Virus record (IMG/VR): IMGVR_UViG_3300034013_000904
Strand: one strand, 5' to 3'
Origin: an uncultured virus (IMG/VR IMGVR_UViG_3300034013_000904)
Lineage: Duplodnaviria; Heunggongvirae; Uroviricota; Caudoviricetes
Length of the DNA: 64,000 nucleotides
Shown: in pieces, positions 20,626-29,200 of the stretch
How the letters are laid out: the number at the start of each line of letters is the position of its first letter
Numbering within the stretch: position 1 is the stretch's first letter
Notes under the pieces: generated by a model
The model's input: the letters and a program-made list of their open reading frames with translations, nothing else
Told to the model about the DNA's origin: nothing
Databases searched by the model: none
Translations under genes and position numbers: made by a program

Positions 20626-21459
20626 ATGAGTAATCCATTGAGTCAATACTTTCACACACCCAAGGCCTATGCACAATTGCCAACACGAGGCAAATTTTAT
20701 CCTAGTGATTTCCTTGAGACTTCAGCCAATGGCGAAATGGCAGTGTATCCGTTGACTGCTATTGATCAAATCATGTTGAAAACTCCTGATGCGCTGTTGA
20801 ATGGCGATGCATTGTTGAGTGTTTTCCGAAACTGTGTTCCTGGAGTCAAAGATCCCAAGAAGCTTGTGGAGCCTGACATCAACACCCTACTTGTTGCCAT
20901 AAGAATTGCCAGTGCAGGGTCAACTATGGAAATAGACACCACATGTCCCAGTTGTGGAAAAGAGCACAACTTTGGTATAGACCTCTCTGCATTTATCGAA
21001 ACACAAACTTATGTTGAAGGCCCCACCTATATTGAAATAGATGGAGCACTCCAAGTTTTCCTGCGTCCTTACAACTTTGAGCAGAGAAATCTACAACTGT
21101 TGAATGAAGTGGAACAAGCCAGAAGCATCAAAGTGTTACAAGAAACAGACACAACTGATGCAGAAAAGATCAGTAGTGTGACCAAACAAGTGAATCACAT
21201 GGCCAAACGCACATTGGACATCATGGCCATGAGCATAACTGAAATCAAAATAATCAGTAGTGGTGAACTGGTCACCAATCAAGAATACATTCAAGAGTTT
21301 GTGAAAGGTATTCCCACAACCAGTGCCAACGCCATCATCGACAAGTTGAAAGAGCTCAACAAAACTGGTATTGATACCGAAACCTCTTTTCAATGCGACG
21401 GTTGCTCACACACTTGGAGCCAGTCAATTGACTTTGATCCCACAAGTTTTTTCGACTAA
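20626..21459 (+). CDS. Baseplate hub / tail assembly chaperone, gp26-like
   Basis: LPTRGKFY, LLVAIRIASAG, two CxxC pairs, C-terminal FDPTSFFD. Confidence 0.8.
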   Translation: MSNPLSQYFHTPKAYAQLPTRGKFYPSDFLETSANGEMAVYPLTAIDQIMLKTPDALLNGDALLSVFRNCVPGVKDPKKLVEPDINTLLVAIRIASAGSTMEIDTTCPSCGKEHNFGIDLSAFIETQTYVEGPTYIEIDGALQVFLRPYNFEQRNLQLLNEVEQARSIKVLQETDTTDAEKISSVTKQVNHMAKRTLDIMAMSITEIKIISSGELVTNQEYIQEFVKGIPTTSANAIIDKLKELNKTGIDTETSFQCDGCSHTWSQSIDFDPTSFFD

Positions 21460-21507
21460 AGCTTCTCAGGGGTGATCATGTAGCCATCACCCAAGTACTG
21501 AGAAGCT
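21447..21507 (+). promoter_or_regulatory. Candidate programmed -1 ribosomal frameshift signal
   Basis: T TTT TTC heptamer (21447-21453), 6-7 nt spacer, then a long stem-loop at 21460-21507. Confidence 0.75.
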
Positions 21508-21692
21508 GCGAAAAAGAAGTGGAAATGATTGAAAGCGATATTGCCAACCTAGTGTATTACATGAACGGAGGACTCACCTACAGTGAAGCTTGGCGTCTCA
21601 CCACTTCACAGATGAAATCTTTGAGTGGAACTATTTCCAAACACTATGAGATGCAAGCCGAAGCTTATAGGAAGGCTCAATCAAAGAAGTGA
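21453..21692 (+). CDS. gp51-like extension (frameshift product, or a 55-aa ORF from ATG 21525); absent from the ORF track
   Basis: The -1 frame is open from the slippery site: RLKLLRGDHVAITQVLRSCEKEVEMIESDIANLVYYMNGGLTYSEAWRLTTSQMKSL..KK*. Confidence 0.7.
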   Translation, partial: RLKLLRGDHVAITQVLRSCEKEVEMIESDIANLVYYMNGGLTYSEAWRLTTSQMKSLSGTISKHYEMQAEAYRKAQSKK

Positions 21693-21812
21693 TAATTTTA
21701 GCTGGGCGTGATCTAGTATGAATCTCAATGATCTTATTGATGATATTATTGGATCTGGAATAGGATACTTGTTGGACTGATAATAGTTCTGGGTATTTCG
21801 TTAGGGAGGAAG

Positions 21813-22180
21813 TCACACTTCTCCCCACCGGGAGGAGAAGTGTGAAAAGGCTTTCGTATAGGGCTTCGGCCTGCCTGTCTCGTCTTGGGAATTGCTTCCA
21901 GCTGGCGGAGAACCTATTTCCAGCGTTCCTGACTCTCTTCTCGGACTTATGCTCATGGAGCTGCCTTCTCGGTTATGTGCTCATCACACACGCAGGGAAT
22001 TCAGTCAGACAGGCTGTTGACTGAACCCCTTCCAGCGTCACGGGACAGTGAGAGGCTGGATCCTTTTTGTTCACTTTTGTGGCGAGGGCATAGAACCGTA
22101 AACCCTCATACGCAATTTTCCCCGGCCTTCGCGCCTGGTAGATACGGATGGACACTACACCATCATATAAAGCCACTATG
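21813..22180 (-). ncRNA. Putative ~370-nt structured non-coding RNA
   Basis: GC-rich intergenic tract with many helices, an 8-bp loop-to-downstream pseudoknot, a GCAA tetraloop and G-U pairs favouring the minus strand. Confidence 0.6.
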
Positions 22181-22198
22181 TTTTAAAAATATACTCTG

Positions 22199-23008
22199 TT
22201 ATGCGTAGTTGCTGATTCTATAATTGCCTGGACTACGTGCTGTGCTGTCTAGATATTTCAAAAGATAATTGTTTTTTGTATTTTTGAAGTCAATTACCCA
22301 AGGTGTGTTGTATTCACAGAATCTACCACTCTCTTGCTTGACTATTGCTGTTGTCCATCGATTGTATTCGTTAAGGTTAAAATGCGGAATAATAATGGGT
22401 TTTGTAGTTAACGGAGTCCAAATTTCTGTATGTTGTTCAGTGTTGTTGTATTTGTATTTGATTTCATTACGAGGGATCTGTGCATGACGTTTGTTGCTGA
22501 TTTCCAACTCACTCAAGCTGCTGGGTGGTGTCTTGTAAGCCACCTCAATTATATCGCTTGATTGGGGATGAGCCAAAATGTCTGCTTGCTCTTTGTAAAA
22601 ATCAATAACTGCTCTAGCCATCTGTTTTTTGGCTTCTGGAATCATAATCCAGCGATTGGCTCCGGCAGATTCAAACATCATAATTTGCGCTTCGGTCAAA
22701 ATTGTTTTTTGTGTGAGTCTGTCAAAAGCAACTGGAAAATAACTTTTCAGTTGTTCAGGCCATTCTTGAGGCTTTTTCACCAATTCGCGAATGTTGAGAT
22801 TGTATTTGGCTAGATCACAAAAGAGTGATGCTTGATCGTGTGTGATGTTGAGAATAGTTTGTGGAAATGCTCTTACACGACTTCCAAAGGTTCCTACAAG
22901 GGTATTGTAAAATCCCAACTCTTGTCGGAAAAAACTATTGAGCCGATTTTGATCTACTGGATCAACTACAATAAAAATGCTGCGGTGTTGTGGCTTGTTG
23001 TGCTTCAT
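22199..23008 (-). CDS. Hypothetical protein resembling the TnpB N-terminal (WED/REC) lobe, no RuvC
   Basis: NRLNSFFRQELGFYNTLV and KKQMARAVIDFYK parallel TnpB REC helices; beta-rich C-terminus; start at ATG 23008 behind TTGATT-N17-TATAAT. The ORF is solid, the family call is tentative. Confidence 0.5.
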   Translation of the reverse strand: MKHNKPQHRSIFIVVDPVDQNRLNSFFRQELGFYNTLVGTFGSRVRAFPQTILNITHDQASLFCDLAKYNLNIRELVKKPQEWPEQLKSYFPVAFDRLTQKTILTEAQIMMFESAGANRWIMIPEAKKQMARAVIDFYKEQADILAHPQSSDIIEVAYKTPPSSLSELEISNKRHAQIPRNEIKYKYNNTEQHTEIWTPLTTKPIIIPHFNLNEYNRWTTAIVKQESGRFCEYNTPWVIDFKNTKNNYLLKYLDSTARSPGNYRISNYA

Positions 23009-23100
23009 TTGAAATGCTCTTTTGTTATTTTGATTATAGCCATCTAAAACTATAAAATCAAAGACTTCCAGAGCTTTTTCTGGATTACAGGAAAAAACAT

Positions 23101-23616
23101 ATGGCAGGGTCCAAAGGCAAGGCAAAAGGAAATGCAGGCGAATTACGGATAGCCAAGTTTCTCACAACGTTATATGAAGCCAAATTTATTAGGGTTCCTA
23201 ATTCTGGTGCCTTCATTGGAGGAGCAAACACCAAGAGAAAAGACACTATGGATGCTACGCAAATCAGCTACTTCAAAAGTGATCTCATTCCACCTTCCCA
23301 TATGAAAAAGCTGGTGATTGAAAGTAAGTTTTATCAAGACTTTCCGTGGCATCGACTCATGTGCAATGGAGATATCAAACAACTGGATGCTTGGATAGAG
23401 CAAACACTTGACACATGTGATCCAGAAGATTTGTGGTTTGTTGTCATACGCATCAATCACAAAGGAAGTTATGCTTGTTTTGATCAAAAACATTTGGCTG
23501 ACTTCACGGTTGAAAACCACGCACGTTACAAAACCTTTGTAATAACAGAGTTTGAGCCATTTTTTGAACAAAACAAGCTGAAGATTGCTGAACTGAGTTA
23601 TACTGCTGGTGTATAA
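23101..23616 (+). CDS. Holliday junction resolvase, PD-(D/E)XK type
   Basis: SKGKAKGNAGELRIA, RVPNSGA, SDLI, IESKFY. Confidence 0.8.
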   Translation: MAGSKGKAKGNAGELRIAKFLTTLYEAKFIRVPNSGAFIGGANTKRKDTMDATQISYFKSDLIPPSHMKKLVIESKFYQDFPWHRLMCNGDIKQLDAWIEQTLDTCDPEDLWFVVIRINHKGSYACFDQKHLADFTVENHARYKTFVITEFEPFFEQNKLKIAELSYTAGV

Positions 23617-23631
23617 TCCCAATCGAATCGC

Positions 23632-24456
23632 CTATAGTAGTTGGTTAGGTTGAGTTTTGCAATTAGGACCATGCCATCTGATATAGTTCGCTAAACCAAA
23701 GATATTCCCGCAATGTTCACAAGTTTGTTTTGTTGCTTCGAATATCTGTGCTCTCTTCTTCAAAATTTCTTCAGAGACTTTTTGGCCAGACCTTACTGCG
23801 GACATTCGGACTCCAAAGCCTGCAGGTTTTTTCTTGCCTCGATTTGCTAAACTTATCTTTTCTTTGGTCTCAGCAGACAGACTTCGTCCCCGAGATTTTT
23901 GTGAGCGTGCAGCTCGCATCTCTTCTGCTTTTGGGCCATAAATTTCTTCATAGGACCTGCCTTTTTTAGCTTCGCTCATTTTAGATCTAGCTTCATCAGA
24001 ATGCTTTTTGCCATATAACGGATGATTCTCTCCTGACCTGTCGATAAGAGATAATGCATCTTTTATGTTCTTGATTGTTTCTGCACTTCTTTTTTTGCCA
24101 CAATTGTTAACACTTGCTTTCATTCTTGATTCATCAGAGACTATCTTCCCAACTGCCCCATCCCCGCCATCAGTTCGATTGTGTAATATACCTGTGTTAT
24201 TATCCAGGCGTCCCCACCAGAGTATCAGCCTTCTTTCGAGCGCAACAGCACCAAGATTAGTTAATCCTTGTTCAAGGACAACAATCCTCCATGCTTCTTT
24301 TGGTACAGGTAGAGTTCCGTGGTTTTCTTTGTAACGTATGCCGGTCCCTTTTCCAATATAATAAGGGGTTCCTGCAGGACCATTGTTGGATGTTGTTTTT
24401 CTTAAGTAGGCATACACATAAAACCCAAAGGGTTTGATATTACGATAAATAGACAT
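23632..24456 (-). CDS. GIY-YIG homing endonuclease with NUMOD3 repeats
   Basis: YVYAYLR..PYYIGKG, NRTDGGDG, HPLYGKKHSDEARSKMS; start at ATG 24456 after GGGAG; TAAATA at 24522-24527. Confidence 0.88.
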   Translation of the reverse strand: MSIYRNIKPFGFYVYAYLRKTTSNNGPAGTPYYIGKGTGIRYKENHGTLPVPKEAWRIVVLEQGLTNLGAVALERRLILWWGRLDNNTGILHNRTDGGDGAVGKIVSDESRMKASVNNCGKKRSAETIKNIKDALSLIDRSGENHPLYGKKHSDEARSKMSEAKKGRSYEEIYGPKAEEMRAARSQKSRGRSLSAETKEKISLANRGKKKPAGFGVRMSAVRSGQKVSEEILKKRAQIFEATKQTCEHCGNIFGLANYIRWHGPNCKTQPNQLL

Positions 24457-24541
24457 AGCTGTTGCTCCCTTAAAGCGATAGAGCCGGTGGACCTGCCAGG
24501 GTCGTGACCGGCATATATCTATATTTATGGAGTACAGATAA

Positions 24542-26323
24542 TTACTCACCGCTTTCATAGCTGAAACGAGTGAAACCTAACTCTTTGATAACATACAAAA
24601 CTCGATCGCAGCGACTTGTTAGCTCTTCTCTATGTGAGATCAACAAAATGTTCTTGTTCCGATCTCTGCTCATAGCCTTAAGCGTCTCTAGAGATCTTTC
24701 AAGTCCTGTGCTGTCAAGTCCCACATCAAGGATCTCATCAACAGCCATGAAGTTGATGCTGGTGTTCATGTTTTCAAAAATGTCTCGGAATGCCCAGCTG
24801 AGTGCCAAACAAACTCTTGTGCGTTCACCTCGGCTGAGACTGTCAAAGTCAAAGTCTACGCCCATATGCATGATCTCAACTCCCAAGTCGTTGCTGAATT
24901 TAACTTGGTGTGGCAACATCAATCCAGCTAGATATTCACCCAGTCTGTGATTCAAGTAGCTGAGGTTTTGATCAATAATACGCTTTCGGATGAAGCTGTC
25001 TTTGTTTGTTAGCAGCTTCAAGAGAAACTCTTGATGGTCTTTGAGTTGGCTGAGTTCATTTAGTGAATCATAAGTGACTTCTTGCAGTGTGTCATTTAAA
25101 TTACCCACTTGGGCTTGATAAGGATTGGTTTCAAGCTTAAGTTTGTCCAGTTCACCACTAAGAAGTGTGAGACTGTTTCGATGCTCATATGCCTCATCAA
25201 TGCTTTTGTAAAATGTTTGGTTTAGCGATACAGCACTAGACAGACCCATGAGCTCATCCAGTTCTTGTGTCAAACTCAGGCATTCCTGTTCCAGTGTTTG
25301 AATGCTGCTGTCCAGTTTGGTAATTTTGTGCTCAAGGTCGTCCAGCAGATGTGTTTGTTTCTCGTCATGAATCTTTTGACCACACATTGCGCAGTTGTGG
25401 TCTTGAATTTGACTATACTGAGTTAACCAGTTGTTTTGTTGCGCCTTCAGCTGTGTTCCATGCTGTGTTTTTGTTTGGCTTTGGCTGCGCACATTCTTCA
25501 ATGCTGTTTGAAGTTCACGATACACAAGATTGTCTTTGTGACTTTGAATTTCCTGCTCAACATCAAGATGACTCAAAGCATCTAGTGCATTTTCCAAGTC
25601 TTGAATTTTGTTCTGATGTTGAGTATCCCACTGTTGGGTTTTTTGATTCAAACTTTCAATAGTGCTCAAAATACGTGTATTGCTGTTTTTGATAGTATGT
25701 ATTTTGAACTCTTCTTGTTCAATAGTTTGTTTGGTTGTTTGAATAAGCTTTTTGAGGTTTTCTGCCTTCTGAGACAGTAATGTAATTCCCAACAGCTCTT
25801 CAATTATTTCTCGCTGTTTTCCAGCACCCATGCTCAAAAATGGCTCAGTATAGGTGTTCAAAGCCACAATGTGTTTGAACATGGTGTGGCTGATGCCCAA
25901 TACCTTCTCAATCTCTTTCTGAGTATCTTTGTTTTCGCCTTGAGCTTCGTCTGCACTTTTGTTTTCATTTACTGATTCATCATTTACAACATAGCGGAAA
26001 AAACTAGGGGCACGGCCACGTTCAATTTTGTAGCTGTTGCCGTGGGCTTCAAACTCAATACTCACCACCATGTTCTTTTTGTTGATGCTGTTGATGAGAT
26101 TGTTTTTCTTGATGTTAGTAAGAGCTTGACCATACAGGGCATAACAAATGGCTGAAATCAGCGTCGATTTGCCAACACCATTCCGGTTGCCGTTGCCGCC
26201 CAAGTCTAGATTCTCGCCCAATACAAGAGTCAAGCCAGGTTGTGTGAGAGTAACTGATTGTGTAACAGCACCCACACTCATGAAGTTTTTGATTGTGACG
26301 TTTTTGAGGATGATCAAGTTCAA
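24542..26323 (-). CDS. gp46: Recombination endonuclease ATPase subunit, gp46/SbcC-like
   Basis: Walker A NGVGKST, coiled coil with CAMC zinc hook, LSRGE signature, AVDEILD, LISH. Confidence 0.95.
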   Translation of the reverse strand: MNLIILKNVTIKNFMSVGAVTQSVTLTQPGLTLVLGENLDLGGNGNRNGVGKSTLISAICYALYGQALTNIKKNNLINSINKKNMVVSIEFEAHGNSYKIERGRAPSFFRYVVNDESVNENKSADEAQGENKDTQKEIEKVLGISHTMFKHIVALNTYTEPFLSMGAGKQREIIEELLGITLLSQKAENLKKLIQTTKQTIEQEEFKIHTIKNSNTRILSTIESLNQKTQQWDTQHQNKIQDLENALDALSHLDVEQEIQSHKDNLVYRELQTALKNVRSQSQTKTQHGTQLKAQQNNWLTQYSQIQDHNCAMCGQKIHDEKQTHLLDDLEHKITKLDSSIQTLEQECLSLTQELDELMGLSSAVSLNQTFYKSIDEAYEHRNSLTLLSGELDKLKLETNPYQAQVGNLNDTLQEVTYDSLNELSQLKDHQEFLLKLLTNKDSFIRKRIIDQNLSYLNHRLGEYLAGLMLPHQVKFSNDLGVEIMHMGVDFDFDSLSRGERTRVCLALSWAFRDIFENMNTSINFMAVDEILDVGLDSTGLERSLETLKAMSRDRNKNILLISHREELTSRCDRVLYVIKELGFTRFSYESGE

Positions 26324-27351
26324 ATACTCTGATAGATTTCAATCAAGCGTTGTTTGTTCATTGTAGTGCTTTCAATACTATTCAAATGTGACACCACAAT
26401 TGAGTCAACGCTTTCAAAATTGATTTCACTATCATCAAGAACAGTGTCATCTCCATCACTTCTGCCATGAATAAAACTCACATCCAAGGCAGCTAGCTGA
26501 GTTTCAAATAACTCTCTAATGAAGGCAAGGTCTTCATAAGTTAAGTCAGCATCTACTGTTATCCGTGCGAAAGTTTTGTTGTCTATCAAGCCGGTAGGAT
26601 CCTGAAGTGCCTCTGTAAGGTTATACGTGCGATACTTGGGTGCACTAAGCCATTTTTCAAATATGGGATCAGTTCCAGGAGTCCAGATCATCAACCCTCT
26701 ATCATCGTCTCCCGCATCTGCAAAGTTGTGAGGAAAGGCATTGCCAATATAACAAATGTTGCCCTTTCGCTGCCTTTTGTGAAAATGCCCACTGAACACC
26801 AATTTTTGATTTTGAAAGTGTTCACTGTTCAAGCCGCCATGATCGGGCATTTCCACCATGGCATTCATCCGGAACTTGGCAATTTCAGCATGACAAAACA
26901 AATAAGGCTGTTTGATTTTTTGAATCAACTTATACTCATCACCCACCAACCAAGGAACAAAACAATAGTCTTTGACTGTGGTGATTTTGTCAATTAGGTG
27001 AATATTTGAAAAATCCTGTGCATAGGGAATACTGTGCAGCTCTAGAGTATCTCGAAAATAGAGATCATGGTTGCCCAAGAGCATTATCACATTGTCAAAA
27101 TTGTTGTTTAGCAGTTTCATGCCATTGTGGCTGTAATTGAGTGTGCTGATGTTCACACTGTTGCGGTTGTGACTCCAGTCGCCCAAAAACAAGAGTGTTT
27201 TGATTTTCAGCTCTTGTGCTCGTTTGACCACAAACTCCAAAAACTCAGTACACCAAGTGTTGTGCTGTTTGGAGTTGTTCCGCATGCCAAAATGCACATC
27301 AGTTATGGCAATTACTTTTGAAAAATCAACATTGTCTAGATTGATAGTCAT
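26320..27351 (-). CDS. gp47: Recombination endonuclease nuclease subunit, gp47/SbcD-like
   Basis: TDVHFG, LGDW, GNHD, SGHFH metallophosphoesterase motifs. Confidence 0.95.
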   Translation of the reverse strand: MTINLDNVDFSKVIAITDVHFGMRNNSKQHNTWCTEFLEFVVKRAQELKIKTLLFLGDWSHNRNSVNISTLNYSHNGMKLLNNNFDNVIMLLGNHDLYFRDTLELHSIPYAQDFSNIHLIDKITTVKDYCFVPWLVGDEYKLIQKIKQPYLFCHAEIAKFRMNAMVEMPDHGGLNSEHFQNQKLVFSGHFHKRQRKGNICYIGNAFPHNFADAGDDDRGLMIWTPGTDPIFEKWLSAPKYRTYNLTEALQDPTGLIDNKTFARITVDADLTYEDLAFIRELFETQLAALDVSFIHGRSDGDDTVLDDSEINFESVDSIVVSHLNSIESTTMNKQRLIEIYQSI

Positions 27352-27478
27352 GACTCAAAAGTCTCCTTGAGTCAGAGTATAGCTGATAAAAACTGTTAGT
27401 TCAACAGGTGGGCAGGACCTAGATTTGTGATATTCATTATGATATATAAATAATATGCAATAGGGTTGGAGAAAAATT

Positions 27479-29200
27479 GTGAATTTGGCAGAATTGAAAG
27501 AACTTTGGTTGAACAAGGAGATTACACCAAATAGGTTGACAAAGTTGTTGCCTATACACAAAGAAGAGCTAGACAAATTATTTCCTTGTGAAGGCCCAAT
27601 TGCAGCTAAATTTTATGCATACGTTCATAACACTAATGCAGAAAACAGTTGGTGTGAACAGAGTGGTAAGTTCAGGACTTTCAATAATATGGTTCTAGGG
27701 TTCAGAAAATTCTGTGGTAATCAATCTCAATGCTCCTGTAATCGTGAATATCAGGAAAGCGTTCGACACAGCCGCACTAGAGATGAAATAAATCATATTC
27801 ACGAAAAACGTAAAAATACCAACCTTCAAAAGTATGGTTTTGAGTATGCAAGTCAACATGACAAGGTCAAAGCCAAAGCTGAGACCACATGTTTTGAAAA
27901 GTATGGCGCAAAAGCTCCAACCTTAAATCCTGTTGTTTTAGACAAAGCACAAAAAACGATCCAGGAAAATTGGGGAGTAAACTTTCCTCAGCAACATCCT
28001 GATATAAGAACCAAAACTATAGAGGTGTTTCAAAACACTTATGGAGCACCTGTTCCTGCTCAAAACCTGGAGGTGTTAGTTAAAACCAAAAAAACCAACC
28101 TCTCAAAATATGGTGTTGTGGCCCCGTTTTTGACAACAGAGCATAGGGAGACCAATAGGAAAACTTTTCGGCAAAAATCTTGGGATTCCTATATTACAAA
28201 TAGGACTGATTACACTCCGTTATTCACTCAAGAAGAATTTTTGGACTCACATCGTTATTCTGAACATTCGTTTGTTTGCCAAAAATGCCATAACCAATTC
28301 AGTGTTGCCTTGAAAAGAGAATCTGATTTGCGTTGTTTTGCTTGTTATCCAAGAAAAGAAAGTTGGGGAGAAACAAAGATCAAACAATGGTTGTGGGATA
28401 ATAACATATCTTTTGAGCAATGGAATAGGCAAGTTATCAAGCCATTGGAGATTGACTTTTATCTTCCAGATTTAAATGTGGGTATTGAGTTTAATGGCAT
28501 CTTTTATCATTCAGATTGCCAAATAGGAGACAAAAAATATCATCAAAATAAATGGAAACAAGCTCTTGAAAAAGGTGTAAGGCTTGTTCAAATTTGGGAA
28601 CATGAGATGGTGCAAAAACCCAATATTATATTTGACAGATTGTCACACGTAGTGGGTTTGAAAAAAACAATTGTTGGTGCACGTAAATGCAACATTACAG
28701 TTGTGGATTTTGGAACAGCTAAAACATTTATTCAGAACTCACACTTGCAGGGCAACATACCAACCAAACATATTTGGGGTTTGGAACACAACGGGTCGCT
28801 TGTTGCACTTGCTAGCTTTGTCAAAACTAGGTATAGCAAAGGGAGTGATTATGAGCTGGCCCGTTATTGTATTTTGCCTGGGTATCATGTGCCAGGAGGG
28901 CTTAGCAAGCTTTTGAATCATGCACATCAGGAGTTGGGATTCAAAAGCTTGGTGTCCTACAGTAACTTGAACTGGGGACTGGGAAATGGTTACGAAAAAA
29001 CAGGCTTTGAGTTAAGTCATATCAGTCCACCCAATTATTGGTATTGGAAAAATATAAATGACGTTCAGAGCCGACTTAAATTTCAAAAACACAAAATACA
29101 AGGCTTAGCTGCGGGCAATACAGAGCAAGAAATTGCCAAAAATTTGGGCTACAATCGTTTTTATGATGCAGGCAACGCAGTGTGGATCAAAAAATACTAG
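27479..29200 (+). CDS. Hef-like homing endonuclease, paralog of 2763-4382
   Basis: KYG repeats, EIDFYLP..GIEFNGIFYHS, IWEHE, SYSNLNWG, YDAGN; TATAAATA at 27445-27452; inserted antisense between gp55 and gp47. Confidence 0.7.
   Translation: MNLAELKELWLNKEITPNRLTKLLPIHKEELDKLFPCEGPIAAKFYAYVHNTNAENSWCEQSGKFRTFNNMVLGFRKFCGNQSQCSCNREYQESVRHSRTRDEINHIHEKRKNTNLQKYGFEYASQHDKVKAKAETTCFEKYGAKAPTLNPVVLDKAQKTIQENWGVNFPQQHPDIRTKTIEVFQNTYGAPVPAQNLEVLVKTKKTNLSKYGVVAPFLTTEHRETNRKTFRQKSWDSYITNRTDYTPLFTQEEFLDSHRYSEHSFVCQKCHNQFSVALKRESDLRCFACYPRKESWGETKIKQWLWDNNISFEQWNRQVIKPLEIDFYLPDLNVGIEFNGIFYHSDCQIGDKKYHQNKWKQALEKGVRLVQIWEHEMVQKPNIIFDRLSHVVGLKKTIVGARKCNITVVDFGTAKTFIQNSHLQGNIPTKHIWGLEHNGSLVALASFVKTRYSKGSDYELARYCILPGYHVPGGLSKLLNHAHQELGFKSLVSYSNLNWGLGNGYEKTGFELSHISPPNYWYWKNINDVQSRLKFQKHKIQGLAAGNTEQEIAKNLGYNRFYDAGNAVWIKKY

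Noticed and set aside
21718..21780. 20-aa ORF MNLNDLIDDIIGSGIGYLLD
   Set aside because: Plausible amphipathic peptide but too short and without a clear SD
21813..22180. tmRNA, RNase P RNA, tRNA or self-splicing intron identity for the structured region
   Set aside because: No tRNA-like ends, RNase P conserved motifs or intron core were recognisable, and no interrupted gene flanks it
21842..22208. Short ORFs 21842-22024, 21973-22176 and 21975-22208
   Set aside because: No convincing SD or protein-like features; they overlap dense base-paired structure
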